IMG/VR virus record: IMGVR_UViG_3300036816_000012
Location: 1 to 55,345 of that record
Strand: one strand, 5' to 3'
Length of the DNA stretch: 55,345 nucleotides
DNA from: a virus
Numbering within the stretch: the stretch's first letter is position 1; every line of letters begins with the position of its first letter. Shown here piece by piece: positions 1 to 8,649 of the stretch. The notes under the pieces are model-generated. The model searched no databases and was not told where the DNA came from. It saw nothing but the letters and a program-made list of their open reading frames with translations. The position numbers and the translations under genes were made by a program.

Positions 1-127
1 TTCCCGGTACAGCGCTCAGGAGAAAAAGGACATCGAGCGAGAAGTTACGGAAGCTATTAGGGTGCAAACCAACGAGCGTCTTAATTTAGCTAGGAAGTAT
101 GAAGAAGAAAAGGCCAAAATAGACGAA
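1..127. repeat. Terminal assembly overlap, left copy (identical to 55219-55345)
   Basis: Direct comparison shows the 127-nt string ttcccggtacagcgctcagg...aaaatagacgaa at both ends. The reading frame of the tape measure gene is continuous across the join. Confidence 0.95.
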
Positions 128-1222
128 GAAGCTAAAAAGAAGACCATCGATAGTATTAATAACCTTTCCAAAGGTATACAAGATGCACTCAAGGCTAAGT
201 ACCAAGCTGAGAAAAAATTGGCCGAGGACGCCATAAAGGATCAGATCAGCGCGAACGAAGAGTGGAAGAAATCGCAACTCGACTCTATCAAGTCGGTTTA
301 TGACGCTCGCGTAGCTGCGGCACAGAAAGCGGCTGATGATGAAATAGCAGCCATCACAAGTGTAACCAACGCGCAGATTGCAGCGATACAGGCGCAGCTT
401 GACGCACTTGATAAAGCCGAGCAGCAACGGAGCCGGGCTGAGTTGGATGCAGACGATCAAAAGAAGATTGACCGTCTCAATGGAATGATTGAATACGAAC
501 ATGATGATTTCAACAAGGCACAGCTTCAGAAGGAACTAAACAAGGTCATAGCTGATCAGAACGAGCGCCATCGATTGGAACAACTCGCAGATACGAAAGA
601 AGCTCTTAAGGCAGAACAGGACGCCTTGAAAGTTAAACTCTCTGCTGAGACGCAGGCAATCAAGGATAATTTGGCTCTGAAAAAAGAAATCATGCAAGCC
701 GACTATGATGCAGATGTCGCCCGGATTAACGCTCTGTACGAGACGCAAAAAGCTTCGCTTAATGCACAGTTGGCCGAGACGCAGGCAACGTATGACAAGA
801 TGCTGGATGCCAAGAAGATCCAAGCTGAGGCTGAGAAGATGATTGTCCAAAACCAACAGGAAGACATCATTAAACTGCTTGACGGTTTTGGTGATGCGTA
901 CAACACAACTGGGCAAACACTCGGTGAAAAGATGTACCAAGGGTTTAAGGAAAAGGTTGATCAAATCCAGTCGCTTATTTCATCCATTAACGCTCAGATC
1001 GATGCTGCTAGAAGTTCGGCGGTATCTGCAATGAATGCAGTTAGTGGAGGCGGTGGTGGTGGAGGATCATCGTCAGGGGGCGGTTCATCAAGCAGCGGAA
1101 CGGAGACAAGGACTGCTGTCAAGGTTGAAGTCGTCAACCACTTTAATAGCAAGGTGACGTCTCCGAGTGATGTCTCCCGAGCTTCTCAACAAACAGCCCA
1201 ACGTCTCGCTTCGCAATTCTAA
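1..1222 (+). CDS. Tail tape measure protein, C-terminal part (continues 51983..55345 across the circular junction)
   Basis: Nt 1 is codon position 3 of the frame opened at 51983, the same frame as track ORF 62..1222. The sequence is coiled-coil Ala/Gln/Lys/Glu-rich, with a Gly/Ser tract at 1043-1099. The joined length is 4458 nt (1485 aa). Confidence 0.9.
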   Translation, partial: SRYSAQEKKDIEREVTEAIRVQTNERLNLARKYEEEKAKIDEEAKKKTIDSINNLSKGIQDALKAKYQAEKKLAEDAIKDQISANEEWKKSQLDSIKSVYDARVAAAQKAADDEIAAITSVTNAQIAAIQAQLDALDKAEQQRSRAELDADDQKKIDRLNGMIEYEHDDFNKAQLQKELNKVIADQNERHRLEQLADTKEALKAEQDALKVKLSAETQAIKDNLALKKEIMQADYDADVARINALYETQKASLNAQLAETQATYDKMLDAKKIQAEAEKMIVQNQQEDIIKLLDGFGDAYNTTGQTLGEKMYQGFKEKVDQIQSLISSINAQIDAARSSAVSAMNAVSGGGGGGGSSSGGGSSSSGTETRTAVKVEVVNHFNSKVTSPSDVSRASQQTAQRLASQF

Positions 1223-1234
1223 AGGAGGTGCATA

Positions 1235-2092
1235 ATGGAGACGGTCACGTTCACAAACTCGCGCGGGGAGAGTCTTTTTTTAGGCACTTCCAAACCGTTT
1301 TACATGACAAGTATCGAGGGCACGGGAGGCGCGCCTTCCGATCTCTTATCGACCAAATCACCGTACCAGGACGGAACGACATTTGTTGATATGATGTTGG
1401 CCAATCGACCTTTGAGTATTATTGGCGGGATCATAGCACCAACAAGGGAAAAAATGTACCAGTACCGCCGGGAATTTATGCGCATCCTCAACTCTAAACT
1501 TGGGTTGGGTACATTGGTATACACCAACTCATACCGCAGTTACGCTATACAAGCAGTGGTGGAGGGAACGCCTAATTTCGATGAACGGATTGTGACCAAT
1601 CAACCATTCACAATCAATTTTATTTGCCCGGACCCGTATTTTACGGATGTGTCTCCAATGTCTAAAGGGTTGAGGTTCGAAATAGGTGGTTTAATGTTCC
1701 CATTAGTGTTGCCTACCCAATTTGCAACAGCTTCATACGAGGCTTATTTCCAGAATGACGGGGATGTACCTACACCTGTCGAAATACATTACAAAGGTCC
1801 AGCTCTTAACCCGGTCGTAACCAATGAAACAACGGGGGAGTACATCAAAATAAAATATGATTTATCGGAAAATGATGTTCTGGTAATCAATACGGCATTT
1901 GGGCGTAAGAGGGTCGAGGTCGTCAACCCGGACGGCACAAGAACAAATGTATTCCATTGGATCGACCTCGGAAGTACGTTTTTCCAGCTCCAGGTCGGGA
2001 AAAACCTGCTCGTGTATAACAGCGACAGGGAGGGAGACAGAGCGATTGCAACAGTGGATATATTCTGGAATAACAGATACGGAGGTGGATGA
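1235..2092 (+). CDS. Distal tail protein (Dit-like, siphovirus tail family)
   Basis: A 285-aa ORF lies directly after the tape measure gene, with RBS aaaggaggtgcataATG. Its position and size fit Dit. Confidence 0.7.
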   Translation: METVTFTNSRGESLFLGTSKPFYMTSIEGTGGAPSDLLSTKSPYQDGTTFVDMMLANRPLSIIGGIIAPTREKMYQYRREFMRILNSKLGLGTLVYTNSYRSYAIQAVVEGTPNFDERIVTNQPFTINFICPDPYFTDVSPMSKGLRFEIGGLMFPLVLPTQFATASYEAYFQNDGDVPTPVEIHYKGPALNPVVTNETTGEYIKIKYDLSENDVLVINTAFGRKRVEVVNPDGTRTNVFHWIDLGSTFFQLQVGKNLLVYNSDREGDRAIATVDIFWNNRYGGG

Positions 2093-3189
2093 TCATTAAA
2101 CTACACATCCCGTCTGTTCGAGTCATAGACAGAGATTTCAACCTGCTGGCTGAGATTGACGATTACGAAAGTCTGCAATTCACCCGCCGTTTTTATAGAG
2201 CCGGGGAATTTGAGCTGCACATATCTTTGCACAAGCAAGGCGTTGATCAGCTTCAAAAAGAAAACATCATTGTGATTGATAACAAGATGCACAAGGCTGG
2301 GATAATCCAGAGCCGCAACATCGGGCAAAACGATCAAGGCATCGAAGTTTTAGTGATCAAAGGACCTACGCTTGGCGGCATATTGGATCGGCGCGTGACG
2401 GTGACGGACAACTTCGATCGGGTACGTGGCCCAGCCGAAACCGTCATGAAGCATTACGTTAACAATCATCTGATTAACAGCGACAACACACAGCGCCGCG
2501 TGCCGTTCATGAGTAATGCACCGGACTTAGGGCGAGGAAAGGTCACGCCTTGGCAGACGCGATTTGAACCACTCAATATGGTGGTGCAGGAGGTTGCAGA
2601 ATGGTGTGATATCGGTTGGCAAGTAAGGCTCGACTACAGCGCAAAGAAATGGGTATTTGACGTGCTGCCAGGACGGAACTTAACCGCCAGCCAAAATACA
2701 CTTCCGCCTGTTATTTTCTCACGCGATTTTGACAACATCATGTCGCAGTCCTTCACTGACTCCGACCAACAGTTTAAAAACGTTGGCTATGCAGGCGGGC
2801 AAGGAGAGTATGAAGATAGGCTTATCCAGATGGTTGGCGGAGGTACAGGCGCCGATAGAAGAGAAACATTCCTAGACTGTTCCAGTGCAGAGAATGCCGC
2901 CGAATTAGTCGACATAGGAAACCAGAAGTTGTCTTTACTCAAAAGTATCGTGTCCTACGATGGTCAGATCATAAACACAGGCAGCTTTATCTATGAAGTC
3001 GATTGGGACTTGGGAGACATCGTAACGATGCAAAGCAAATCATGGGGCGTAACGCTGGACAGCCGCATTACCGAAGCCAAAGAGATTTATGAGCCTGATT
3101 CTAAAATCGAAATTTCACTCGGGGAAGAATTGCCAACCATCACGCAAATAGTTCGGAAATTAACTACAGAAGTAAAAAGGAGTGATTAG
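2089..3189 (+). CDS. Tail-associated protein in the Tal position (Siphovirus Gp37-like)
   Basis: A 366-aa ORF makes an ATGA overlap with Dit. The N-terminal 'YESLQFTRRFYRAGEFELHI' resembles the ReqiPepy6 Gp37-like family signature (from memory). Confidence 0.6.
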   Translation: MIIKLHIPSVRVIDRDFNLLAEIDDYESLQFTRRFYRAGEFELHISLHKQGVDQLQKENIIVIDNKMHKAGIIQSRNIGQNDQGIEVLVIKGPTLGGILDRRVTVTDNFDRVRGPAETVMKHYVNNHLINSDNTQRRVPFMSNAPDLGRGKVTPWQTRFEPLNMVVQEVAEWCDIGWQVRLDYSAKKWVFDVLPGRNLTASQNTLPPVIFSRDFDNIMSQSFTDSDQQFKNVGYAGGQGEYEDRLIQMVGGGTGADRRETFLDCSSAENAAELVDIGNQKLSLLKSIVSYDGQIINTGSFIYEVDWDLGDIVTMQSKSWGVTLDSRITEAKEIYEPDSKIEISLGEELPTITQIVRKLTTEVKRSD

Positions 3190-3190
3190 T

Positions 3191-3910
3191 GTGCCGGAGA
3201 AATCAGGTTTTTTTGACTCTACCGCGACGGATGTCCGGGCATATCCTGTCCGAGAGTTTGCATTATACTTTTCCCGGTTTATCGGAAACGGTGTGTTTAA
3301 GGGAGGTACAGCGTTAAAAGTCGAGGCATCAGGTTTGGATTCTAATGTAACTATCAACGTTGGGTATGGGTGGATAAACGGCTATTTGTACAGGGTTTAT
3401 GATGCACCTCAATCTATTGCAATACAGTCTGCATCAACTCAGGATCGTATCGACAGGATTATACTCCGCTTGGATACAAGTACCCCTGTGAGGGCCATCA
3501 AAGCTATGGTGTTGCAGGGTGCGCCAAGTGCAAGCCCTAGTGCTCCAGTTTTGACAAGATCGGGAGATATTTACGACTTGTCTTTGGCTCAAGTGCTGGT
3601 AAAAGCTAATTCCTCCATCGTTCTTCCACAGAATATCACTGACGAACGGTTAAACACTGAGGTCTGCGGTATAGTAACTGGGTTAGTCGAGCAAGCAGAT
3701 ACAACTTTGATATTTAATCAATTCCAGGAGTGGTACAACACCAAGACGATCGAGTTCCAGAAAGAATGGGACGACTTCATGGAAGGTCTCGAAAATGACG
3801 GTTTTGCAACCACGGTGTATGTAAAGGAAAAGGCGGATGCTGCGGAAGTGAATGCGAAATCCTTCACGGAAGATTATGTGGCTAATCAACTTTTATGGGG
3901 GGCGTTATAG
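3191..3910 (+). CDS. Putative tail fibre / receptor-binding protein
   Basis: GTG at 3191 lies 8 nt after AAGGAG; the track start GTG 3182 sits inside the RBS. The N-terminal 'SGFFDS...FIGNGVF...GYGWINGYLY' pattern is seen in Firmicute prophage tail-tip proteins. Confidence 0.5.
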   Translation: MPEKSGFFDSTATDVRAYPVREFALYFSRFIGNGVFKGGTALKVEASGLDSNVTINVGYGWINGYLYRVYDAPQSIAIQSASTQDRIDRIILRLDTSTPVRAIKAMVLQGAPSASPSAPVLTRSGDIYDLSLAQVLVKANSSIVLPQNITDERLNTEVCGIVTGLVEQADTTLIFNQFQEWYNTKTIEFQKEWDDFMEGLENDGFATTVYVKEKADAAEVNAKSFTEDYVANQLLWGAL

Positions 3911-4231
3911 ATGGCAACAATAACTTCAAAGAGGTTTGCCAAGGGTTCTGCGCTAACAACACTAACCACGGTTTACACAGTTCCTGCGAATGCAACAGCA
4001 CAAATTAAGGCGGTATCACTTTGTAACACCACTGCTGCCAACGTTGAATTTAATATGAACTTAGCTGACACAAGCTTAATTTGGAAACATGTAATAAAAG
4101 CTTATGACACAATTACATTGCCATTTATGGATCAGATCATTCATGCAGGAGAAACAATTAAGGTGGCGAGTTCAATCAATACAACTGGAGGTTTAGTATT
4201 CTACATCAGCGGTAAAGAGGTGACTCCATAA
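3911..4231 (+). CDS. Hypothetical tail-module protein (106 aa)
   Basis: The ORF is tightly packed (TAG then ATG) and on the same strand within the tail module. Confidence 0.6.
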   Translation: MATITSKRFAKGSALTTLTTVYTVPANATAQIKAVSLCNTTAANVEFNMNLADTSLIWKHVIKAYDTITLPFMDQIIHAGETIKVASSINTTGGLVFYISGKEVTP

Positions 4232-4683
4232 TGCCTGTTTTAGATACTTATGCACTTGATAACTATTCTATTGATGGTAGTTCGTCTGGCATATTAAGGG
4301 CTAAAGGGTCAGTTGTAGCAGGCCCAAATATCATTTCGTTTGAGTCGACAAATGGACCTGCGAATCTTTATCCGGCAGTTGTTAATGGGCTTGCTTTCAG
4401 GCCGAATGTGATCCTTCTTCAACGGTCTAGCGATCAACGGGATGTCACTACCTATAACCGAAACCCTGCTAATAGACAGCCTACGCCAGGAGGTCTATAT
4501 TACAATACCGCGTCGATACAAAACATGTCTTACACTAATTTTGTATGGGTTTATTTGTTCGAAACACAAGCTGCAGCTTCGTCTTCAGGAAGGGCCGGGT
4601 ATATTTCTAACAACACCTTCTTTTTACCAGTAACAGCAAGCACGACTTATGATTGGGAAGCATTATTTATACCTGATAACTAG
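4231..4683 (+). CDS. Hypothetical tail-module protein (150 aa)
   Basis: It makes a TAATG overlap with the preceding ORF. Confidence 0.6.
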   Translation: MPVLDTYALDNYSIDGSSSGILRAKGSVVAGPNIISFESTNGPANLYPAVVNGLAFRPNVILLQRSSDQRDVTTYNRNPANRQPTPGGLYYNTASIQNMSYTNFVWVYLFETQAAASSSGRAGYISNNTFFLPVTASTTYDWEALFIPDN

Positions 4684-4700
4684 AAGGGTGGCGAATTGAA

Positions 4701-5102
4701 GTGGAAGTCGGAAGAAAAATATATTATGAAAAGAACACTGGCAACGTCATTTTAAACACTGGCGAACGTTCGGGTGATGTAGTTCAAACCACGGACGAAG
4801 AAGACTTCTCCACATACTCTGCACTGGCTGAACGAGTCCCTGAAACAGTGGGTGTTATCCGACTTGAATATGGTGCGTTCGCGTCTGATTATACCGAGGG
4901 TGGAGTCATCACCCGAATCGATCTGAAAACAATGGAACCGCTATTCACTTATCCAGATCCAGTCGATCCAGAGACACCGCAAGAGCCACGTCCTGCACTC
5001 AGTAAACAAGTGGATATAATGCAGCAGGATAGTGGCGAGCTTAAACAAGCTGTAGCTGAACTGAGCCTTGCTCTTGCAGCAGTCATGGGAGGAGGTGAGT
5101 AA
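4701..5102 (+). CDS. Hypothetical protein (133 aa), possibly XkdW-like
   Basis: The ORF has a GTG start and sits between the tail and lysis genes, as xkdW does in PBSX-like elements. The similarity is only impressionistic. Confidence 0.45.
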   Translation: MEVGRKIYYEKNTGNVILNTGERSGDVVQTTDEEDFSTYSALAERVPETVGVIRLEYGAFASDYTEGGVITRIDLKTMEPLFTYPDPVDPETPQEPRPALSKQVDIMQQDSGELKQAVAELSLALAAVMGGGE

Positions 5103-5104
5103 CT

Positions 5105-5248
5105 ATGACATATACAAAAGATAGCGGCTTGGTGAAAGTGTGGGTTGGCCTTGTGATGACTGGAGTATATAAGGTCGATCAGGTGCCTTCGCTGTTTAAC
5201 TTGAAAGTTGTCGTGACGGAAGTTGTCAACGGTACAACATCGGCTTAA
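5105..5248 (+). CDS. Small protein (47 aa), XkdX-like position
   Basis: ATG lies 2 nt after the previous stop, giving MTYTKDSGLVKVWVGLVMTGVYKVDQVPSLFNLKVVVTEVVNGTTSA. The ORF is below the ORF-track cutoff. Confidence 0.4.
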   Translation: MTYTKDSGLVKVWVGLVMTGVYKVDQVPSLFNLKVVVTEVVNGTTSA

Positions 5249-5339
5249 CAGGCGTTCCGAAATCGGAGCGCTATTTTTGTGCCCTCTGGAGTGGTCAGGG
5301 GGCTTTTTAAATATTCAGATAGAGACGGGGGATTGGCGT

Positions 5340-5735
5340 ATGGAAGCCATACCAGGAGGTGTGAATGACATGCAGGTGCAGGATGTAAATACGATTGTCG
5401 ATTTGAAGGTACAACTGGCCCGGATTGAGGAAGCACTAAAGCCGTTGGCTGCTTTGGCTCCCGGCTTGGCCGAGGTCAGAGAAATAGCCAAAGAAGCATT
5501 GCAGGCGGTCCAGCAGTTGAATCTGCGAATTGTTGAACTAGAAGCTGAGTCGAAAAAGACAGCCGATGTTGCACACGAAGCCAAGCGCAATTCGGCAGAA
5601 GCATTGTCACGATTGGACAAGCATGACGAGGATCAAAAGTGGCTGAAACGTACGGTGTACGGAGCGGCGTTAACTGGAATAACTGGACTTCTTATTGCGG
5701 CAGTTTGGGCCGGGATCAAATTAGGGGGAATGTAA
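5340..5735 (+). CDS. XhlA-like membrane protein (lysis accessory)
   Basis: An internal ATG follows GGGGG (acgggggattggcgtATG). The protein has a coiled-coil body and a single C-terminal TM ('VYGAALTGITGLLIAAVWAGIKLGG'), directly upstream of the holin. Confidence 0.6.
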   Translation: MEAIPGGVNDMQVQDVNTIVDLKVQLARIEEALKPLAALAPGLAEVREIAKEALQAVQQLNLRIVELEAESKKTADVAHEAKRNSAEALSRLDKHDEDQKWLKRTVYGAALTGITGLLIAAVWAGIKLGGM

Positions 5736-5737
5736 TT

Positions 5738-5953
5738 GTGAATAAGAAATGGTGGCAAGCGGCAGGCGTTCGAGCTATCAAAACAGGGGCACAGGTGGCA
5801 ATTGGTGTCATCGGTGCAACTACTGTGTTTGCAGCAGTGGACTGGCGTGTAGTGGGCGGGACAGTCGTATTATCGGTAATCACAAGTCTGCTTACTAGCT
5901 TGGCCGGATTGCCGGAAGTAAGCAAAGGAGATGATGCAGATGCAAGCGCGTAA
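5738..5953 (+). CDS. Holin (r1t-holin-like)
   Basis: GTG follows GGGGGA. The 71-aa product 'WWQAAGVRAIKTGAQVAIGVIG...SLLTSLAGLP' has two TM segments and overlaps the endolysin start. Confidence 0.7.
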   Translation: MNKKWWQAAGVRAIKTGAQVAIGVIGATTVFAAVDWRVVGGTVVLSVITSLLTSLAGLPEVSKGDDADASA

Positions 5954-6800
5954 ACAGGGGAATGCTCAGGGTATCGACGTATCACATCACAACGGTAATA
6001 TCGATTTCAAAAAGGTGGCAGCTGACGGGATTTCCTTCGTCTTCATCAAGGCCACACAGGGTAAGTCCTTCCGGTCGCCCAAGTTTCTGCAATTTGTGAA
6101 GGATGCCAAGGCGGCTGGCCTACTGATCGGTGCATACCATTACGTAGATGACTCTGCTGGCAGCTTAGATGCCGCAAAGGCAGAAGCGCAGAATTTCTAC
6201 AGGGCCATTCAGGATGCTGGTGGGATTGGCGTGTTTGATTTACCGCCCGTGATGGACTATGAATCAAATAAAAACAGCTATAGCAAAGCGACGATTACGG
6301 CCGTAGCCAAGACATTTCTTGAAGAGATCCATAAGCTGACCGGAGTTAAACCGCTGGTGTATACATACCCGGCGTTCATCGGCAACTTTACGGGCTTGTC
6401 CTCATATCCGCTCTGGATTGCCAGATACAGCACGCAAACGCCTGCTGATGCTTCCGGCTGGACACGTTGGGACTTCTGGCAATATTCAGACGGATCAGCA
6501 GGGGCTTATCTGCCACGGGGAAACCGGAAGGTTGACGGGATTAGCGGAGCGGTGGACCTGAATGAATTTAACGGCACAGTAGCCGAGTTGAAAGCCAAAT
6601 ACAACAAAACGGTAAAGGAGGACAAGCCAGTGACACAGGAAAGAGACATTAACGTGCCAAGTAAGTGGGCGGAGACAGTCTGGAAGGAAGTAACGGAGAA
6701 AGGATTCTTCGATGGTACACGTCCAGGTGCAGCGGTTACTCGGGAGGAATTGGGTGCTGTGGTGAGCAGGATATTACGCTATGTTGATCAAAAAGGATAA
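5931..6800 (+). CDS. Endolysin, GH25 muramidase domain plus C-terminal domain of unknown type
   Basis: It carries 'GIDVSHHNGNIDFKKVAADGISFVFIKATQG' and 'PPVMDYE', typical GH25 lysozyme motifs. Confidence 0.85.
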   Translation: MMQMQARKQGNAQGIDVSHHNGNIDFKKVAADGISFVFIKATQGKSFRSPKFLQFVKDAKAAGLLIGAYHYVDDSAGSLDAAKAEAQNFYRAIQDAGGIGVFDLPPVMDYESNKNSYSKATITAVAKTFLEEIHKLTGVKPLVYTYPAFIGNFTGLSSYPLWIARYSTQTPADASGWTRWDFWQYSDGSAGAYLPRGNRKVDGISGAVDLNEFNGTVAELKAKYNKTVKEDKPVTQERDINVPSKWAETVWKEVTEKGFFDGTRPGAAVTREELGAVVSRILRYVDQKG

Positions 6801-6840
6801 CTGTGGTAGATTAAAATCAAATCCGAAAGAATCGGTGAAA

Positions 6841-6881
6841 AGAGCTCCGCTGGCATATCGCTGGTGGAGCTCTTTTTTTTT
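6841..6881 (+). terminator. Rho-independent terminator after the lysis cassette
   Basis: An 8-bp stem agagctcc/ggagctct is followed by a T9 run. Confidence 0.8.
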
Positions 6882-6893
6882 GAATATCGTCCC

Positions 6894-6924
6894 AAAACCA
6901 TCCGAAACCATCCGAAAACCATCC
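6894..6924. repeat. Three tandem ~10-11 bp units (a)aaaccatccg
   Basis: The sequence reads directly as aaaaccatccg aaaccatccg aaaaccatcc. Confidence 0.8.
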
Positions 6925-7034
6925 TGTGTTCCTGCCTAATGACAACCCCGTTAACCGGTTTAAGTAATAAAATAAATCATATATCAGAAGGAGGAGAATA
7001 CATATCTATAACGAATGATACTAATTAGAATTTA

Positions 7035-7062
7035 TTGACAAAAGTATTCCTTGAGTTAAAAT
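7035..7062 (+). promoter_or_regulatory. SigmaA-type promoter for the 7111-8602 operon
   Basis: TTGACA (7035-7040), a 16-nt spacer, then TAAAAT (7057-7062). Confidence 0.6.
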
Positions 7063-7110
7063 TAGCTTAGGTATTTATTACTACTAATTTAGCTGAAAAG
7101 GAAGAGTGTA

Positions 7111-7806
7111 ATGCAATTTTCAAGAGTAATTACAGAGATTAGATTCCAATCCTCGTTCTTTTTTGAAGAAGCTCGAGTTAAAAACGACATCAGCAACATG
7201 CTAGCTTCGGATTTTGTTCATCACGGCTATGACGAAAACCAAAAAGCTCTGTATTTCCTGAATGGAACTCACAACAAGAAGCTTGTCGTTACTAAAGGAA
7301 ACATAGTGATCGATATTGATAACCCTGAAGAACTTAGCGAAGTTGTTCTAATGGGCGATCACTACATACAAAAAATACTAAACAAACTTCAAGTACAACA
7401 AACAGAGAGAATTGGTGTAAGATCTCACATTATATCCGATGAGATTGAAGGCGTAGAAAGAGTGAGTTCTAAAATCGCCGAACAATTTTTCAACCGAGAT
7501 TTAGTACAGTTTCTACGTAATCATAAAACTGACGAGCAATTTATTCCTACGTTAAGTTTTAACGCGAAACTGAACCATGAAATTTACATGACAACAAATG
7601 TTGGAGCTCATCAAGAAGCATCAGGAGTAGCCGACAGCCAAGGAAATGTTAAAAGTATAACAATTAACAAAGCTCATCCATCCCTTGATATTGATATGTA
7701 TATGGGTGTTCCTAAAAAGCCAGATCAGGTTGCTGGAGCTGTTAAAGGTTTAATCAGTCATGTCGAAGATCAACAAAATAAAATTTGGTCCTTGGGAGGA
7801 ACTTAG
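7111..7806 (+). CDS. Hypothetical protein (231 aa), soluble; N-terminus reminiscent of the TIGR04255 family
   Basis: RBS aaaaggaagagtgtaATG. The gene is AT-rich. 'VITEIRFQSS' resembles the family N-terminal motif (weak, from memory). Confidence 0.6.
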   Translation: MQFSRVITEIRFQSSFFFEEARVKNDISNMLASDFVHHGYDENQKALYFLNGTHNKKLVVTKGNIVIDIDNPEELSEVVLMGDHYIQKILNKLQVQQTERIGVRSHIISDEIEGVERVSSKIAEQFFNRDLVQFLRNHKTDEQFIPTLSFNAKLNHEIYMTTNVGAHQEASGVADSQGNVKSITINKAHPSLDIDMYMGVPKKPDQVAGAVKGLISHVEDQQNKIWSLGGT

Positions 7807-8310
7807 ATGTCGATTCCCTTGAATACCGAATTTAGGCCAAGAAACCGACTAGGGACTTCCAGCATAGACTTACAAGAAGTTTTGGGTGGAGATAATGGGA
7901 AATTAGGTATAATCAACAGCGGCAACATAGACGGCACTCCAGAAGAGATTTTCACAGGATCTTTGAGAAAATCAAACTTCTCGGAATTCGTAAATCCGCT
8001 GGAGACAGCCAGTATTGTGGTTAATAACGAACATGGATTAATGAAAGTAACAAAAGTATCGGTTGAAGAAGAAATAAGGAGGGCAAAAATGGCTATGAGT
8101 AAAGAACTTATCGCGTATCAATATTATTCATCTGTAGGTTGGATATTCGCGGTAGCACTTACTATTTTCGTGGTCTGTGGGATTGTTGGAGCTTTAGGTC
8201 CATTGTCCACTTTTACTGGTTCACTATTTTCATTAGTGGGTGCCCTTGGAGCTATCTTAAACTGGAAGGGTTGGAAAGAAAAGAATGCTGATCAATCTAA
8301 GTTTGAGTAA
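7807..8310 (+). CDS. Hypothetical membrane protein (167 aa; soluble N-domain plus 2 C-terminal TM helices)
   Basis: GGGAGG lies upstream and ATG immediately follows the previous TAG. The TM stretch is 'VGWIFAVALTIFVVCGIVGALGPLSTFTGSLFSLVGALGAIL'. Confidence 0.65.
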   Translation: MSIPLNTEFRPRNRLGTSSIDLQEVLGGDNGKLGIINSGNIDGTPEEIFTGSLRKSNFSEFVNPLETASIVVNNEHGLMKVTKVSVEEEIRRAKMAMSKELIAYQYYSSVGWIFAVALTIFVVCGIVGALGPLSTFTGSLFSLVGALGAILNWKGWKEKNADQSKFE

Positions 8311-8602
8311 CATTCCAACCGAACCATCAAACGGAAATCCTTTAGTCGAGGTAACAAAAGAAGTTGTGAAACACGCCAAATTAACTAAGAGTATGTGGCT
8401 TTTTGTACTTGGTAATCTAATAGTGCTAATAGCTTTTTTCACGGTTTTTTTCTTACCAAAACCTCTTTCTTATATTGGTATTACTCCGTTAGACGTAAGG
8501 ATTGCGTTTTTTATCTTTATAGGCATGGATGTTCTAGTCTTCTTGTCTTATGTTTTTGCGGAAATATTTATTAACCATAAACATGGCAGAGGATTTAAAT
8601 GA
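8285..8602 (+). CDS. Hypothetical membrane protein (105 aa, 2 TM)
   Basis: It overlaps the previous ORF by 26 nt. The RBS is weak and the start is uncertain (alternative ATG 8396). Confidence 0.5.
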   Translation: MLINLSLSNIPTEPSNGNPLVEVTKEVVKHAKLTKSMWLFVLGNLIVLIAFFTVFFLPKPLSYIGITPLDVRIAFFIFIGMDVLVFLSYVFAEIFINHKHGRGFK

Positions 8603-8613
8603 TGATATTAAAG

Positions 8614-8649
8614 GAGCCCAGCGACATAAGTCGACGAGCTCTTTTTGTT
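8614..8649. terminator. Hairpin plus T-run between convergent genes
   Basis: An imperfect 12-nt inverted repeat gagcccagcgac/gtcgacgagctc is followed by ctttttgtttt. Confidence 0.55.

Noticed and set aside
6894-6924. Short tandem repeat as a possible CRISPR or iteron array
   Set aside because: There are only three contiguous ~10-11 bp units with no spacers, so it is far too short for CRISPR. I recorded it simply as a repeat downstream of the lysis terminator.
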